Virus record (IMG/VR): IMGVR_UViG_3300029288_005871
Location: 1 to 64,000 of that record
Source of the DNA: a virus
Lineage: Duplodnaviria > Caudoviricetes
Strand: one strand, 5' to 3'
DNA length: 64,000 bases
Part shown: positions 9,497 through 19,244 of the stretch, in pieces
Position numbering within the stretch: position 1 is the stretch's first letter
Layout: every line of letters starts with the position of its first letter
Position numbers and translations under genes: made by a program
The notes under the pieces: generated by a model
Told to the model about the DNA's origin: nothing
Seen by the model: only the letters and a program-made list of their open reading frames with translations
Database searches by the model: none

Positions 9497-10446
9497 TCCC
9501 TTTCCACCATTTCACGGCCTTTCCTGCCCATCTCAATTCTTTTATCAGGATTATCCCGTAAATAGATAACCGCTTCCCTTATCTTTTTAGCCATCTGGTC
9601 AACATGGTCGTAAGCCCAATTACGGGTATCCTCTTTCGGATCATCTGGTAAAATATGGATTGCTGCTCCTGCTTCCACTAAATCCTCACTTAATCCGCCA
9701 TAAGTACATATTACGGCTTTTCCACAGGCAGATGCCTCAATTGTCGGAAAAGAAACCGAAACATCAGCATCAGTTTCAATTAAAACATCAATATTGTTAT
9801 AAACATTGGGCATCCCAATCCAAGATTTATTACCGCCTTCAAGCCTTCTTAAAAATTCCCTACCGCCACAGTACTCAATTTCTTTCACAGGCAATGATTG
9901 TTGGGAATAAAACATCAGTTTAATTCCTTCCAAATCAATCAAAGGCATCAACAAATCTTTTACCTGCTTTCTGGGACTATGTGTTTTTCCGACAAAACCT
10001 ACATGGAGTAAGTTATCCTCTCTGGCTAATGGATAAGGTTTAAAAAGATTGGTATCAATTCCTACTCTGGTTTTAACATAAGGTAAATCTCTTTGTTCCA
10101 AATATCTATCCGTTACCCTGTTTGTCGAAGCATAACAGATACCTTTTATATCCTCCACTTCTCCAGGTTCCCAGACAATCCCTGCCATTTTATAGTAATA
10201 CTTCTCCTGTTCCTCCAAGTGGGTAATTGAAGTAAAAGTAGGCACTATCAAATCATAACCGTTCGGGTTTTTATAAAAATTAGGTTGGTAGCCGATTGGA
10301 AAATTACCTGCAAAATCCGTTGTGTCAGCCAAAGATAAGTCAAAAAGATATTTATTGCCTAAATAACGGATAATATATTCAATATGGTTATCCACATACC
10401 AGGCTTCAGGTAATGGCTTATGCCGTAGAAATAATATTTTCTTCAT
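9427..10446 (-). CDS. Glycosyltransferase, GT-B fold (GT4-like)
   Basis: VGIDTNLFKP, YNNIDVLI..SFPTIEASACGKAVI, EMGRKGR..WTWE. Confidence 0.88.
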   Translation of the reverse strand: MKKILFLRHKPLPEAWYVDNHIEYIIRYLGNKYLFDLSLADTTDFAGNFPIGYQPNFYKNPNGYDLIVPTFTSITHLEEQEKYYYKMAGIVWEPGEVEDIKGICYASTNRVTDRYLEQRDLPYVKTRVGIDTNLFKPYPLAREDNLLHVGFVGKTHSPRKQVKDLLMPLIDLEGIKLMFYSQQSLPVKEIEYCGGREFLRRLEGGNKSWIGMPNVYNNIDVLIETDADVSVSFPTIEASACGKAVICTYGGLSEDLVEAGAAIHILPDDPKEDTRNWAYDHVDQMAKKIREAVIYLRDNPDKRIEMGRKGREMVERDWTWEKNIPSWDLFFQRALALIK

Positions 10447-10985
10447 ACCTTTATTCCCCAAAAATTTAAAAAAGTATCATTAAATCGGCTGATCCCTAAT
10501 TCATATTTAGAAAAAATACTATCAATATCCAAAACACTCTTTACATTCTCTTCTGTTATATTCTTATAATAATTAGCCCATTCACCATCCATTTTTGCAG
10601 TCATAGAATCTTCTGGCAGACTATCTAATGTTCCATGCGGTTTCCAAACACAGCATGGGACAGAAAAAAACATTAATCCCTCACTCTTTGTCAAACTTAC
10701 CATCTTCTGCAAAGTCTTTTGCCAATACATATCATGTTCCAAAGCATTAGTTGAAAAAACTACATCAAAAGAACCATCGGGAGCATCATATTCATGAGCT
10801 ATGCAAACAACGTCTACACCTCCATAAGGCTGAACATCCAAACCGATATAAAGATTTGCCTTAAAGAAGTTCCTGAAACTGCCATTTATGTTAGCAGCAC
10901 CTATCTCTAATACTTTAACATTATCAAAATATTGGGGAAAATTATTTTTTAGTTCCTGACACCAATCCATTTGGGAATTAATCAT
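10443..10985 (-). CDS. Class I SAM-dependent methyltransferase
   Basis: VLEIGAANING, FDVVFSTNALEHD. Confidence 0.85.
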   Translation of the reverse strand: MINSQMDWCQELKNNFPQYFDNVKVLEIGAANINGSFRNFFKANLYIGLDVQPYGGVDVVCIAHEYDAPDGSFDVVFSTNALEHDMYWQKTLQKMVSLTKSEGLMFFSVPCCVWKPHGTLDSLPEDSMTAKMDGEWANYYKNITEENVKSVLDIDSIFSKYELGISRFNDTFLNFWGIKV

Positions 10986-10990
10986 ATTTT

Positions 10991-11575
10991 TTAAAGCCTT
11001 ACTCTAGCCATTTCACCTATAAGTTCCGCTTTGTCACCAAAGGTTTCATCTACTACCGGCTTTACTCCGTCAGAATTTGAATCAATATAATCATGGAAAA
11101 GCATCGTTGATCCTGGCTTCATTAAAGGCAACCACATATCCACATTCTTTCTGACCGACTCATAGTTATGGAAACCGTCAATAAAGATAAGATCAACAAA
11201 AGGCTGTTTAAAAATCTTAGCAAAGATATCAGCATCCCCATGAACATATAAGCCATATTTTTCTAATCCTACTATTCCTTCTTCTTTAAAAAAATCCCGT
11301 CTGCCGATAGAAACTTTTTCTCCATTAGCAAAGGCTTCACCAGGATCATTTATGTCTATCCCAATCCTGATTATCCCTGGTTTAGCCAGCTTATGGGCTA
11401 CATAAAAGGATTTACCTTCATCCACACCGATTTCCACATATATCTGCCCAACTTCCAGCTTATCCAACTCTTCTTTTAAAAGCCTGATATTCTCCTGGTC
11501 AAAAACGCCTTGAATTTTTGTATCAGCATAATCTTCTATTTCCCGAAGAGATAATTCTTTTTGTTCTTCATCCAT
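10991..11575 (-). CDS. Class I SAM-dependent methyltransferase (Methyltransf_24-like)
   Basis: YVEIGVDEGKS, DLIFIDGFHNYE..FHDY. Confidence 0.88.
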   Translation of the reverse strand: MDEEQKELSLREIEDYADTKIQGVFDQENIRLLKEELDKLEVGQIYVEIGVDEGKSFYVAHKLAKPGIIRIGIDINDPGEAFANGEKVSIGRRDFFKEEGIVGLEKYGLYVHGDADIFAKIFKQPFVDLIFIDGFHNYESVRKNVDMWLPLMKPGSTMLFHDYIDSNSDGVKPVVDETFGDKAELIGEMARVRL

Positions 11576-11576
11576 A

Positions 11577-12104
11577 TTATTCTCCTTCTTTATAATATTT
11601 AGCTAAAAATATTTCGATATCTTTAAAATCCTCAATCCTATCCCTAATTTCCTGGTTAGACCACAACCACCACTTAATTTTCAAAAGTTTTTCTATCTGA
11701 TCAGGTTCATAACGGTAATGAACTATTCTTGCTGGATTACCTACCACAACTGCATAAGGCGGTACGTCTTTAGCAACTACTGCTCTAGCTCCAACTATTG
11801 CTCCATCACTAATTGTCACTCCATCTAAAATAAAAACATCCCTCCCCATCCAGACATCGTTACCGATATTTATCGGACCACGACTAACACTATCGGCAAA
11901 ATATGGCAATTTCCAATGGTAATTAAAAGAATATGGGGTAACTGCTTTTTTATGTGTTACCCAGACATGGTTTATAGCTCCACAAAATACTACTCCTGGA
12001 CCTATTTGGGTAAAATTACCTATAGTTATGGTTTGATGCACAAAAGCATCATATACTTCATGTTGATCATCAAGCATTGAATTTTTACCTATTGTTATCG
12101 GCAT
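11577..12104 (-). CDS. Hexapeptide-repeat (LbH) O-acetyltransferase, CatB/Vat-like
   Basis: INIGNDVWMG..VTISDGAIVGARAVVAKDVPPYAVVVGNPA; paralog of 7918-8439. Confidence 0.9.
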   Translation of the reverse strand: MPITIGKNSMLDDQHEVYDAFVHQTITIGNFTQIGPGVVFCGAINHVWVTHKKAVTPYSFNYHWKLPYFADSVSRGPINIGNDVWMGRDVFILDGVTISDGAIVGARAVVAKDVPPYAVVVGNPARIVHYRYEPDQIEKLLKIKWWLWSNQEIRDRIEDFKDIEIFLAKYYKEGE

Positions 12105-13222
12105 ATAAATAAACTCCTTGTCCCAGACTCCTTAACTTCACCTTTATATTCAAATTCCGTATAACCTAACTTACCAAATTCCTTTGGATACTTTATTCTT
12201 TCTATATCTTCCATTTCAGCCGCATTGCATTCCAAAAATAAAGTCCCTTTGCATAAATCCCGCATATATTGATGGAATCCTATATGGGCATTCATGGAAA
12301 ATATAGTTACTATATCAAACTGGTTCAACCCTGTTTCTTCTTTAACGAGCTGCTGAATATTATCCTGAGTTAAATCACAACCGACAGTTTCTATATCAAA
12401 AAACTCATGAAAATTTGCCATTTCAAAAGTAGCATTTGCTATTTCAGAAGTATCAACCCCGACTATTCTTTCCGCATTCCTTTCCTTTGCCCAAAAAAGC
12501 ACTTGGCCACCGCTACAGCCGATATCCAATACAGTCTTACCTGTCAAATCCATATCTGACATACCCATAAGCTCATATCTTTTATAAGACCGGCAACCTT
12601 CTATTCCGATAGAAGGAATATGCTGATAAGCCTTACTGTCATTACCCCAGAAAGCAGTTTTTTGGTATCTTTTATATAAATCCTGTTTATATTTTTCCTT
12701 ATCATCAAATTTAAACTCATCAAAATCAATAAGCTTCTCATTAATAAAATTAGCTGAATAATAATCCTTACCATAAACACCTATAAAAAACTCTTTTAAT
12801 TTTTCTGTATATTCATTCCATAAAACCGGCGATCTGTCTTTATGGGGAAAAGAACCTTCCAGATACTCTACTATATGGGATTTATAAATACTTCCGTCTA
12901 TATCTTCTACCTCTATAACGTCATAAACTCTTGGGGCAAAACCTTTTAGCCATGCGATATTTTTAATGATATATTTATCCATCGTAAATCCATCATTCTG
13001 AAATTGGAAATTTACTTTTACTGTTACTAGCAGATTAGGAAATCTTTTTACTATTTCAGGAAAATAATCTGAAACCTTATCTTTTTTTAAGATAAATGAA
13101 TTTCCTCCTACATGGCAGTCTGGAAAGTCTTGGAATGCCCCCCATACCTCCATGTTCCATATAAAATGTTCATTCTCATCTCCTATAATCGGTAATTTTT
13201 TTATGGATTTATATTTTCTCAT
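12095..13222 (-). CDS. Kinase-like domain fused to a SAM-dependent methyltransferase
   Basis: N-half: FAPRVY, IVEYLEG, DYYSANFI, KLIDFD. C-half: TVLDIGCSGG..IVGVD. Confidence 0.7.
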   Translation of the reverse strand: MRKYKSIKKLPIIGDENEHFIWNMEVWGAFQDFPDCHVGGNSFILKKDKVSDYFPEIVKRFPNLLVTVKVNFQFQNDGFTMDKYIIKNIAWLKGFAPRVYDVIEVEDIDGSIYKSHIVEYLEGSFPHKDRSPVLWNEYTEKLKEFFIGVYGKDYYSANFINEKLIDFDEFKFDDKEKYKQDLYKRYQKTAFWGNDSKAYQHIPSIGIEGCRSYKRYELMGMSDMDLTGKTVLDIGCSGGQVLFWAKERNAERIVGVDTSEIANATFEMANFHEFFDIETVGCDLTQDNIQQLVKEETGLNQFDIVTIFSMNAHIGFHQYMRDLCKGTLFLECNAAEMEDIERIKYPKEFGKLGYTEFEYKGEVKESGTRSLFICR

Positions 13223-13818
13223 TTAATTGCTTTCATTCTAAAATCAAATTGCGGTTCTGCATGACCAATTGGACCTGAATTACCATGACCAAAACCGACA
13301 GGTATTTCCTCAATATTAATAAAACCTCTCTCATTTAACTTAAACCTTAAATATTCTTTTGAATATCCGCAGAGATGAAATTGTCCTTCTCCATCACATC
13401 CTGTTGTTCCATATAATAAACCCATCACCCTATACCAAGGATGAAAGTCAGAATCAGTAATATGGACTTTAGGAAACATTTCACAAGCTCTGGTTAAATC
13501 TGGCACTTCAATTTCCACAATCCCACCTAGTTTGCAAACCCGATGAGCTTCTTTAATAGCCAAATTTCCATGTTCCATTGAAACATGCTCTAAGACATGG
13601 ACTAAAATTACCCTGTCAAAAGTATTATCGGGAAAATCCAAATGAACTATATCCCCGTAAACCCAAGGAGATTCTGGATGATCCTGATTCCAAGTATCAG
13701 CCAAAGGCTTATAAGTTAAAGGCACAGGAGAACCTGGATAATAATATTTGTCGATATTTGTGAAGCCCAAAAGTGGGACATTACCGCACCCCAAATTAGC
13801 TTGTTTTAAGTTTTCCAT
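13219..13818 (-). CDS. Class I SAM-dependent methyltransferase (type 11)
   Basis: NLGCG..GFTNID, HVLEHV, VEIEVPD. Confidence 0.85.
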   Translation of the reverse strand: MENLKQANLGCGNVPLLGFTNIDKYYYPGSPVPLTYKPLADTWNQDHPESPWVYGDIVHLDFPDNTFDRVILVHVLEHVSMEHGNLAIKEAHRVCKLGGIVEIEVPDLTRACEMFPKVHITDSDFHPWYRVMGLLYGTTGCDGEGQFHLCGYSKEYLRFKLNERGFINIEEIPVGFGHGNSGPIGHAEPQFDFRMKAIK

Positions 13819-14807
13819 AAACCGCCTTTCAAATATCTATCAATTAATATCATTAGTTCCTTTATCCTTGCTTTAGACGTAAACCTATCCCTACCTATCT
13901 TATAACCTCTTTGGGCTATTTTTTCTCTTTCTTCATCATGGCTTAAATAATACTCTATTTTTTGATTAGCTTCATCTATACTGGAAAAGTACTCTGCCCC
14001 ATCCCGCAAAAAAAGTTCCATCCCTGGAGCATACTGGTAAAGCAAAAAACCGCCCAAAGTCAGCACTTTTCCAGTCCGATTGCTCCAATAACCCCAAGTA
14101 TCAGGATTAACTGAGAATCCTAAACATATCTTTGTCTCTGCTACTTTTTGAACAAAATCATAACCATATACAGGCGGATAAGCTTCCAATCCCAACTTCT
14201 GCCAACCTTCATGATTCCAGCCAAAACATACTACTTTATGCTTTTTATTTATTTCTGGTATCCAAACCAGTCTATCTCCCTGACCAATACAGCTACCAAA
14301 AAATGCCACGTCATATTTCACTTCAACTGTCGGTGCAATTTCTAAATTAATCCTGTCAAACTCTTCAGAAGAAACATCCATAGGAAAATAATAACAGTTG
14401 GTAAAATCTTTATATTGCGGATGAAAAATATCATTAGAAATGTATAAATCTGCACTCTTTACCATTTGGTCATGCCCATGAGGAAACCCTTCCATACAAT
14501 CCCAAACCCAAAAAAAAACTGGAGCTTCTTTTAAACTTGTCCATTCTTTCAACTTACTGATATATTTACCATCGTTAAAATGATTCCATTTACAGATAAT
14601 ATTAACATCTACATCTCTAAATGGTACTTTATCCTGCCAATTATCATCCCATTCACCATCACAAACCGCCTTCCAAATGTCTCTGGGAATTCTCCTGACT
14701 TTATGCCCCAACTCTTCAATTTCCCTTGTAAGCATCACTTCATCGCTTATTTCTCCCACATAGCCTGTCTGGTAATTCCCGATAAAATTAATGATTAACT
14801 TTTCCAT
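13806..14807 (-). CDS. Glycosyltransferase, CgeB/Glyco_trans_1_2-like
   Basis: YDVAFFGS, TKICLGF..SNRTGKVLTLGGFLL, KIEYYLSHDEEREKIAQRG. Likely start MEKLII at 14807. Confidence 0.85.
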   Translation of the reverse strand: MEKLIINFIGNYQTGYVGEISDEVMLTREIEELGHKVRRIPRDIWKAVCDGEWDDNWQDKVPFRDVDVNIICKWNHFNDGKYISKLKEWTSLKEAPVFFWVWDCMEGFPHGHDQMVKSADLYISNDIFHPQYKDFTNCYYFPMDVSSEEFDRINLEIAPTVEVKYDVAFFGSCIGQGDRLVWIPEINKKHKVVCFGWNHEGWQKLGLEAYPPVYGYDFVQKVAETKICLGFSVNPDTWGYWSNRTGKVLTLGGFLLYQYAPGMELFLRDGAEYFSSIDEANQKIEYYLSHDEEREKIAQRGYKIGRDRFTSKARIKELMILIDRYLKGGLWKT

Positions 14808-15615
14808 ATTTCCCTTCCCATTCTGGTACAAACTTTCTAACAGGTGGATCTGGTATAGCGAAGTTCGCCTCCCAAATACCATTATCGGTTCTGTCAAATC
14901 CCCACTTTTCTTTAAAATAAGCGTAATTCCTAAATCTATAACTGTCATTTTTCGGTTCAAACGTGCCCGAAGTCTGGCTGAAATGATAAACAATACAATT
15001 AGTATTTTGGTAAGGCTGTACTCCAGCTAATCTGATTTTATATTCTAAATCAGAGTCAGAATTTGAACCCCATTTTCCATAATTTATGTCATATCCACCT
15101 ATTAAATTCCACAACTCTCTTTTAATTAAAAATGGCAAGTTAAAACCAGTGTTATAACCTACTCCTTTATAATTCCTAGCAAACTCCAGCCATTTTGCTT
15201 TATCAAAATCACCACCAGCTCCACCACAAAAATATACTTCAAAAGTAGGTGCACCAGGACGAGGTTCTATCAGTTTCGGAGAAAGACACATTACAGAAGG
15301 AGGTATTTCATCAATTAATTTCTCCCACCATCCTTCTGAGTAAACCATATCATCATTTGTCACTAGTATCCAAGGAGTACTAACCGTTGCTACTGCTGCA
15401 TTTACAGCCTTACATTGGCCTTGTTCTTTTAAAATAATATCTCCCAAGTGAGAACAAGATTGACCTTCTATGGGTGAACCATTCTTAGCTATAATCTTTT
15501 TTATATCTGGTACTGTTTCTTCTAAAGAAGTTAAACACTGATCTAAGGCGTATTCAGATTCTGTAGTTCCACCTAAGTGCGGGATTATAATCGAAACCGT
15601 TTTCGGATCAATCAT
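14788..15615 (-). CDS. Glycosyltransferase family 2
   Basis: VSIIIP, AVNAAV..ILVTNDD, IGGYD..SDSD. Confidence 0.88.
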   Translation of the reverse strand: MIDPKTVSIIIPHLGGTTESEYALDQCLTSLEETVPDIKKIIAKNGSPIEGQSCSHLGDIILKEQGQCKAVNAAVATVSTPWILVTNDDMVYSEGWWEKLIDEIPPSVMCLSPKLIEPRPGAPTFEVYFCGGAGGDFDKAKWLEFARNYKGVGYNTGFNLPFLIKRELWNLIGGYDINYGKWGSNSDSDLEYKIRLAGVQPYQNTNCIVYHFSQTSGTFEPKNDSYRFRNYAYFKEKWGFDRTDNGIWEANFAIPDPPVRKFVPEWEGKYGKVNH

Positions 15616-16792
15616 TTTTAGATAATAAAACTAACCAATTATAATGGCCTTCATCTGAATTAACTGTATCCCCTTGTGTTTCCTGTTCAACCTTCAAATT
15701 ATTCTTCTTAAATTCCTCCATTAAAACCTCTCTTGAATACTCCTGCAAAAAAGTGTCTTCCCACGGTTCTTCATCTGGCTCTTTCCCCATCCTATTTATC
15801 GGGTTTATATTGGTTCCTTTAACGACAAATGACCGCCAGAGAACAATACAAATATACTTTCTGGCTACTCTTTTGGCTTCCCTAATTGCCGACTGGTAAT
15901 CATCCAAGTGATCCAAACAGTGCATAAGTAGAACACTATCCCAACTGTTGTCAGGTTCAGTCAAATGCCTAGCGTCCTGTACTTCAAAATTACCTTCGGG
16001 GAAAGTCTTTTTTGCCACATCAACCATGGCTGGAGAATAGTCAGTCCCTTTATAATCAAAATTCCACCTGCCCTCACTTTTTTTAATTAGTTCATAAATC
16101 GGACCTGTACCCATACCTATGTCAAATAAGCTTTTTACTCCCTTTTCTTTTAAAAGATCAAGAAGATAAATCCTGTGCTTCCTTGGCCCATGCTGGTATG
16201 GCGTATAAAACGTATCCCAATAAGTCTTTAAACTATACGGTTTTTTTATTCCCCAAAATCTTATTGACACTTCAGAGTGTCCTGGATCATTAAAATAGAA
16301 CATTTCATGCTTTTCAAAAATCGCATCCAAATCTAAAACACTTTTTATATCTTCTATAGTTAAGTTTTTATAATAATCTGCCCATTCACTATCCAATTTA
16401 GAGGTTAAAGAATCAGCAGGATTATTAGTTTTAGTCCCATGTTCAGACCACTGGCTTGGAGTACTAAACCACATTAAACCATTTGGCTTTAACAAGGCAA
16501 CCATTTTTTTCAAGGTTTTACGCCAATACATATCATGCTCCAATTCGCTGGTTGAACAGACCACATCAAATGACTCATCAGGAACATTATATTCATGAGC
16601 GATACTTACTACATCCACGTTTTTATAAGGTGCTATATCCAACCCAATATATTCACAGTTATCAAACCAACCTTTGTTAGTACCATTCATGTCAGCACTT
16701 CCTATATCTAATACTTTAACATTGTTAAAATACTGCGGAAATTTCTGTTTCAGCTCGTCTTTCCATTTATTTTCCAAATGATCTCCAGCCAT
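15608..16792 (-). CDS. Tandem two-domain SAM-dependent methyltransferase
   Basis: Two motif-I sites (VLDIGSA, LFDIGMGTG). N-domain paralogous to 10443-10985. Confidence 0.85.
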   Translation of the reverse strand: MAGDHLENKWKDELKQKFPQYFNNVKVLDIGSADMNGTNKGWFDNCEYIGLDIAPYKNVDVVSIAHEYNVPDESFDVVCSTSELEHDMYWRKTLKKMVALLKPNGLMWFSTPSQWSEHGTKTNNPADSLTSKLDSEWADYYKNLTIEDIKSVLDLDAIFEKHEMFYFNDPGHSEVSIRFWGIKKPYSLKTYWDTFYTPYQHGPRKHRIYLLDLLKEKGVKSLFDIGMGTGPIYELIKKSEGRWNFDYKGTDYSPAMVDVAKKTFPEGNFEVQDARHLTEPDNSWDSVLLMHCLDHLDDYQSAIREAKRVARKYICIVLWRSFVVKGTNINPINRMGKEPDEEPWEDTFLQEYSREVLMEEFKKNNLKVEQETQGDTVNSDEGHYNWLVLLSKND

Positions 16793-16796
16793 AATG

Positions 16797-17777
16797 CTAT
16801 ACTGCCTCCCATGGATAATTTTTTATACCAAAATGCCCATATCTGGCCGTCTGTAAATAAATTGGTCTTTTTAAATCAAACCTTTCTATAATTGCTTCAG
16901 GACGGCAATCATATTTTGATAAATCCACAAATTCTGAATAGTTTTCATTTATAATGGCAGTCTTCATAATCGGTTCAGATTTACCAATAACATAACCTAG
17001 ACTAACAAGGACTTCATCTGCACCAGATTCATTTAAAACATCTAAAGCCATAAACCTTGCCATATATGCTCCGCTCCTGTCCACTTTTGTCGGATCTTTA
17101 CCGCTAAAACTCCCGCCTCCGACAGGAACTCTCGGACCATATTGATCTACTACTATTTTTCTTCCCGTACAGCCGGAGTCTGCTTCCAGTCCTCCAATAT
17201 TAAAAGAACCGCAATTATTGCAATAAGAAGTCGGAAGTTCTTTATTACAAGAGTCTAAATGACTACCATACCAATTTATAAGATAATTTTTCAGTTCTTC
17301 CTGTGATTTTCCCTGAATTGACAAAACAATATCCGTGATTTCCCCGTCATTTATTGTTACTTGGGATTTCCCGTCAGATTCAAAAGGCTCTAATAATTTT
17401 CTGGCTAAATACATTTCCTGGGGAATACTCATTTTATTCTCCCTGCAAGCATAACCTGTCATAATTCCCTGATCTCCGGCCCCGCCCTTATCTACTCCTT
17501 CGGCAATTTCTGGCGACTGGACTACCAGATTAGATAATACTCCTATTTGTTTTTTTGTCAGGTCAAAATAAGTTTTTCTGGCTATCTGGCAATAATCCAA
17601 ACAGGCTTCTGTTGTTATTTCTCCTACTAATATTACTGTACCATGACCTCCGATTGCCTCAACCGCCACCCTTGAATCTTTATCCTGTCTTAAACATTCA
17701 TCTAAAATAGCATCAGCTATCTGGTCACAGATTTTATCAATATGCCAAGCAGTAACCGATTCAGCTGTATAAATCAT
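16797..17777 (-). CDS. metK: S-adenosylmethionine synthetase
   Basis: AESV..H.DKICDQIADAILD, GAGDQG, DGKSQVT, GGGSFSGKDPTKVDRSGAYMAR, TARYGHFG. Confidence 0.95.
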   Translation of the reverse strand: MIYTAESVTAWHIDKICDQIADAILDECLRQDKDSRVAVEAIGGHGTVILVGEITTEACLDYCQIARKTYFDLTKKQIGVLSNLVVQSPEIAEGVDKGGAGDQGIMTGYACRENKMSIPQEMYLARKLLEPFESDGKSQVTINDGEITDIVLSIQGKSQEELKNYLINWYGSHLDSCNKELPTSYCNNCGSFNIGGLEADSGCTGRKIVVDQYGPRVPVGGGSFSGKDPTKVDRSGAYMARFMALDVLNESGADEVLVSLGYVIGKSEPIMKTAIINENYSEFVDLSKYDCRPEAIIERFDLKRPIYLQTARYGHFGIKNYPWEAV

Positions 17778-17790
17778 ATTTATTTTTAAA

Positions 17791-18537
17791 TTATTTGTGA
17801 ATCCAAGTCTTCTGATCGTAATCTTCAATATTCCCATATACCCATAAAGGAGGCCAGAGATCTCTATGCCCATGGTCTTCCGGTTTCATCTCTTTCGGAT
17901 AACCCCAATAATCAGTTTCATCTTTAATTCCGAAAGCATGGAAAGCATACATATTATTTGTATAACCGTATTTATAACCAACGGCAGATAACCGTGAACA
18001 AAGGGTCGATTCTTCGTGATTTCTTCCTGTCCTGATTACTTTTTCCCACCCACCAGCTTTCCAAACCGCATCCCGTCTCATAAGTCTCATTACTGCACCA
18101 GTCATCGGTGTATACAATATTTCTCCGTCATTCGGATGTTTACTGGGTTCGAGTCCGATAAATTTATGCGGCTGTAAAGCCAAAGCCCCCAAATCTGGTC
18201 TTTTATCCATTATTGCTACCATCTGAGTCAACCAGTCTGGCTCTAAATTAGGCACAAGAATATCATTATCCGAAGTAATAAAATAATCCGATTCCGCCAT
18301 TGCCAAAGCTAAATTCCATGCGTTATGGATTCCTGTATTGCTGGACGGTTTAATTGCCAGAAAGATTTTATTCTGTTTTAAACCTTCCTCAACCACTTCA
18401 TCATTACCACCCTGATTGATGATAAAAAGGCGGTATGGATATTTAGTCCGCTCTTCCAAATACTTTAATGTTTGTTCTGTATAAGCCTGTCGCAAAAAGC
18501 AGGTTATAAAGATATCTATTGGTTTTACGTTTTCCAT
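17791..18537 (-). CDS. Glycosyltransferase family 2
   Basis: IDIFITCF, AWNLAL..YFITSDND, AGGWE..HEES. Confidence 0.87.
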   Translation of the reverse strand: MENVKPIDIFITCFLRQAYTEQTLKYLEERTKYPYRLFIINQGGNDEVVEEGLKQNKIFLAIKPSSNTGIHNAWNLALAMAESDYFITSDNDILVPNLEPDWLTQMVAIMDKRPDLGALALQPHKFIGLEPSKHPNDGEILYTPMTGAVMRLMRRDAVWKAGGWEKVIRTGRNHEESTLCSRLSAVGYKYGYTNNMYAFHAFGIKDETDYWGYPKEMKPEDHGHRDLWPPLWVYGNIEDYDQKTWIHK

Positions 18538-18815
18538 ATTTCCCACCATTTCTTCTTTTTAATTTCCACTACCCCATGAAGCCCTAATCTAGCTTGGCAA
18601 TCCCAACATGGCCGAAAAACCCAATTAGGATTCATGTCATAAACCGCCTTTTCCTCATTACATAACCAACACATCAGGTTATGCTGAACCGCTGGACCAG
18701 AATCCAACAGTTCTACATTTACTGACTTACCTAATTTAGTTACCCAATGTGTTTTACAGGTGTTTTTCTTTTTCATCTTTTCTTTCCTATCTTTACTGCA
18801 CCGCAAATTTTGCAA
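18525..18815 (-). CDS. Hypothetical Cys-rich protein
   Basis: CxxC pairs; operonic. Confidence 0.5.
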   Translation of the reverse strand: MQNLRCSKDRKEKMKKKNTCKTHWVTKLGKSVNVELLDSGPAVQHNLMCWLCNEEKAVYDMNPNWVFRPCWDCQARLGLHGVVEIKKKKWWEIWKT

Positions 18816-19063
18816 TTGCCTTTTTCGTCTGGATCATGTCCGTTTATGCTAGTACAAGTATCACAAACAAAATCTTTAATAGTCATAATATTCTTATTCT
18901 CATCTATATTATCCATCCTCTTAATTTCAAACAATCCATAAATTGGTGGCATTGTTTTATAAACAACAAAATAGTCATCACCTAACCATTTTCCAAATTT
19001 ATCTAATTCTTCCTTAGAAAAACCTATTAAACTTTTATTGATTAAAACTACATATTTAGCCAT
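18773..19063 (-). CDS. Hypothetical protein with C-terminal CxxC..CxxC
   Basis: 96-aa ORF; operonic. Confidence 0.55.
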   Translation of the reverse strand: MAKYVVLINKSLIGFSKEELDKFGKWLGDDYFVVYKTMPPIYGLFEIKRMDNIDENKNIMTIKDFVCDTCTSINGHDPDEKGNCKICGAVKIGKKR

Positions 19064-19064
19064 A

Positions 19065-19244
19065 TTAATTTGTTAAATCATTAGTAATCGCATTTGACTC
19101 ATTCAATTCCCTTCTATCCCAACTCCTATGAACTACTATCCAACCATCTCCCACTCTTTCTACCTTCGGACAACAATCACAAAACTTGCTTTCCTGATGG
19201 TTATAAATATCATTTATAGGCCAGACATGCCAAGTATTTTTCAT
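19065..19244 (-). CDS. Small His/Cys-rich hypothetical protein (59 aa; not in ORF track)
   Basis: MKNTWHVWPINDIYNHQESKFCDCCP..VVHRSWD; fills the gap and overlaps the upstream stop codon. Confidence 0.55.
   Translation of the reverse strand: MKNTWHVWPINDIYNHQESKFCDCCPKVERVGDGWIVVHRSWDRRELNESNAITNDLTN

Noticed and set aside
7918-12104. CatB/Vat-like genes as antibiotic-resistance determinants
   Set aside because: Their position inside a glycan cluster points to sugar O-acetylation; resistance cannot be inferred from the fold.
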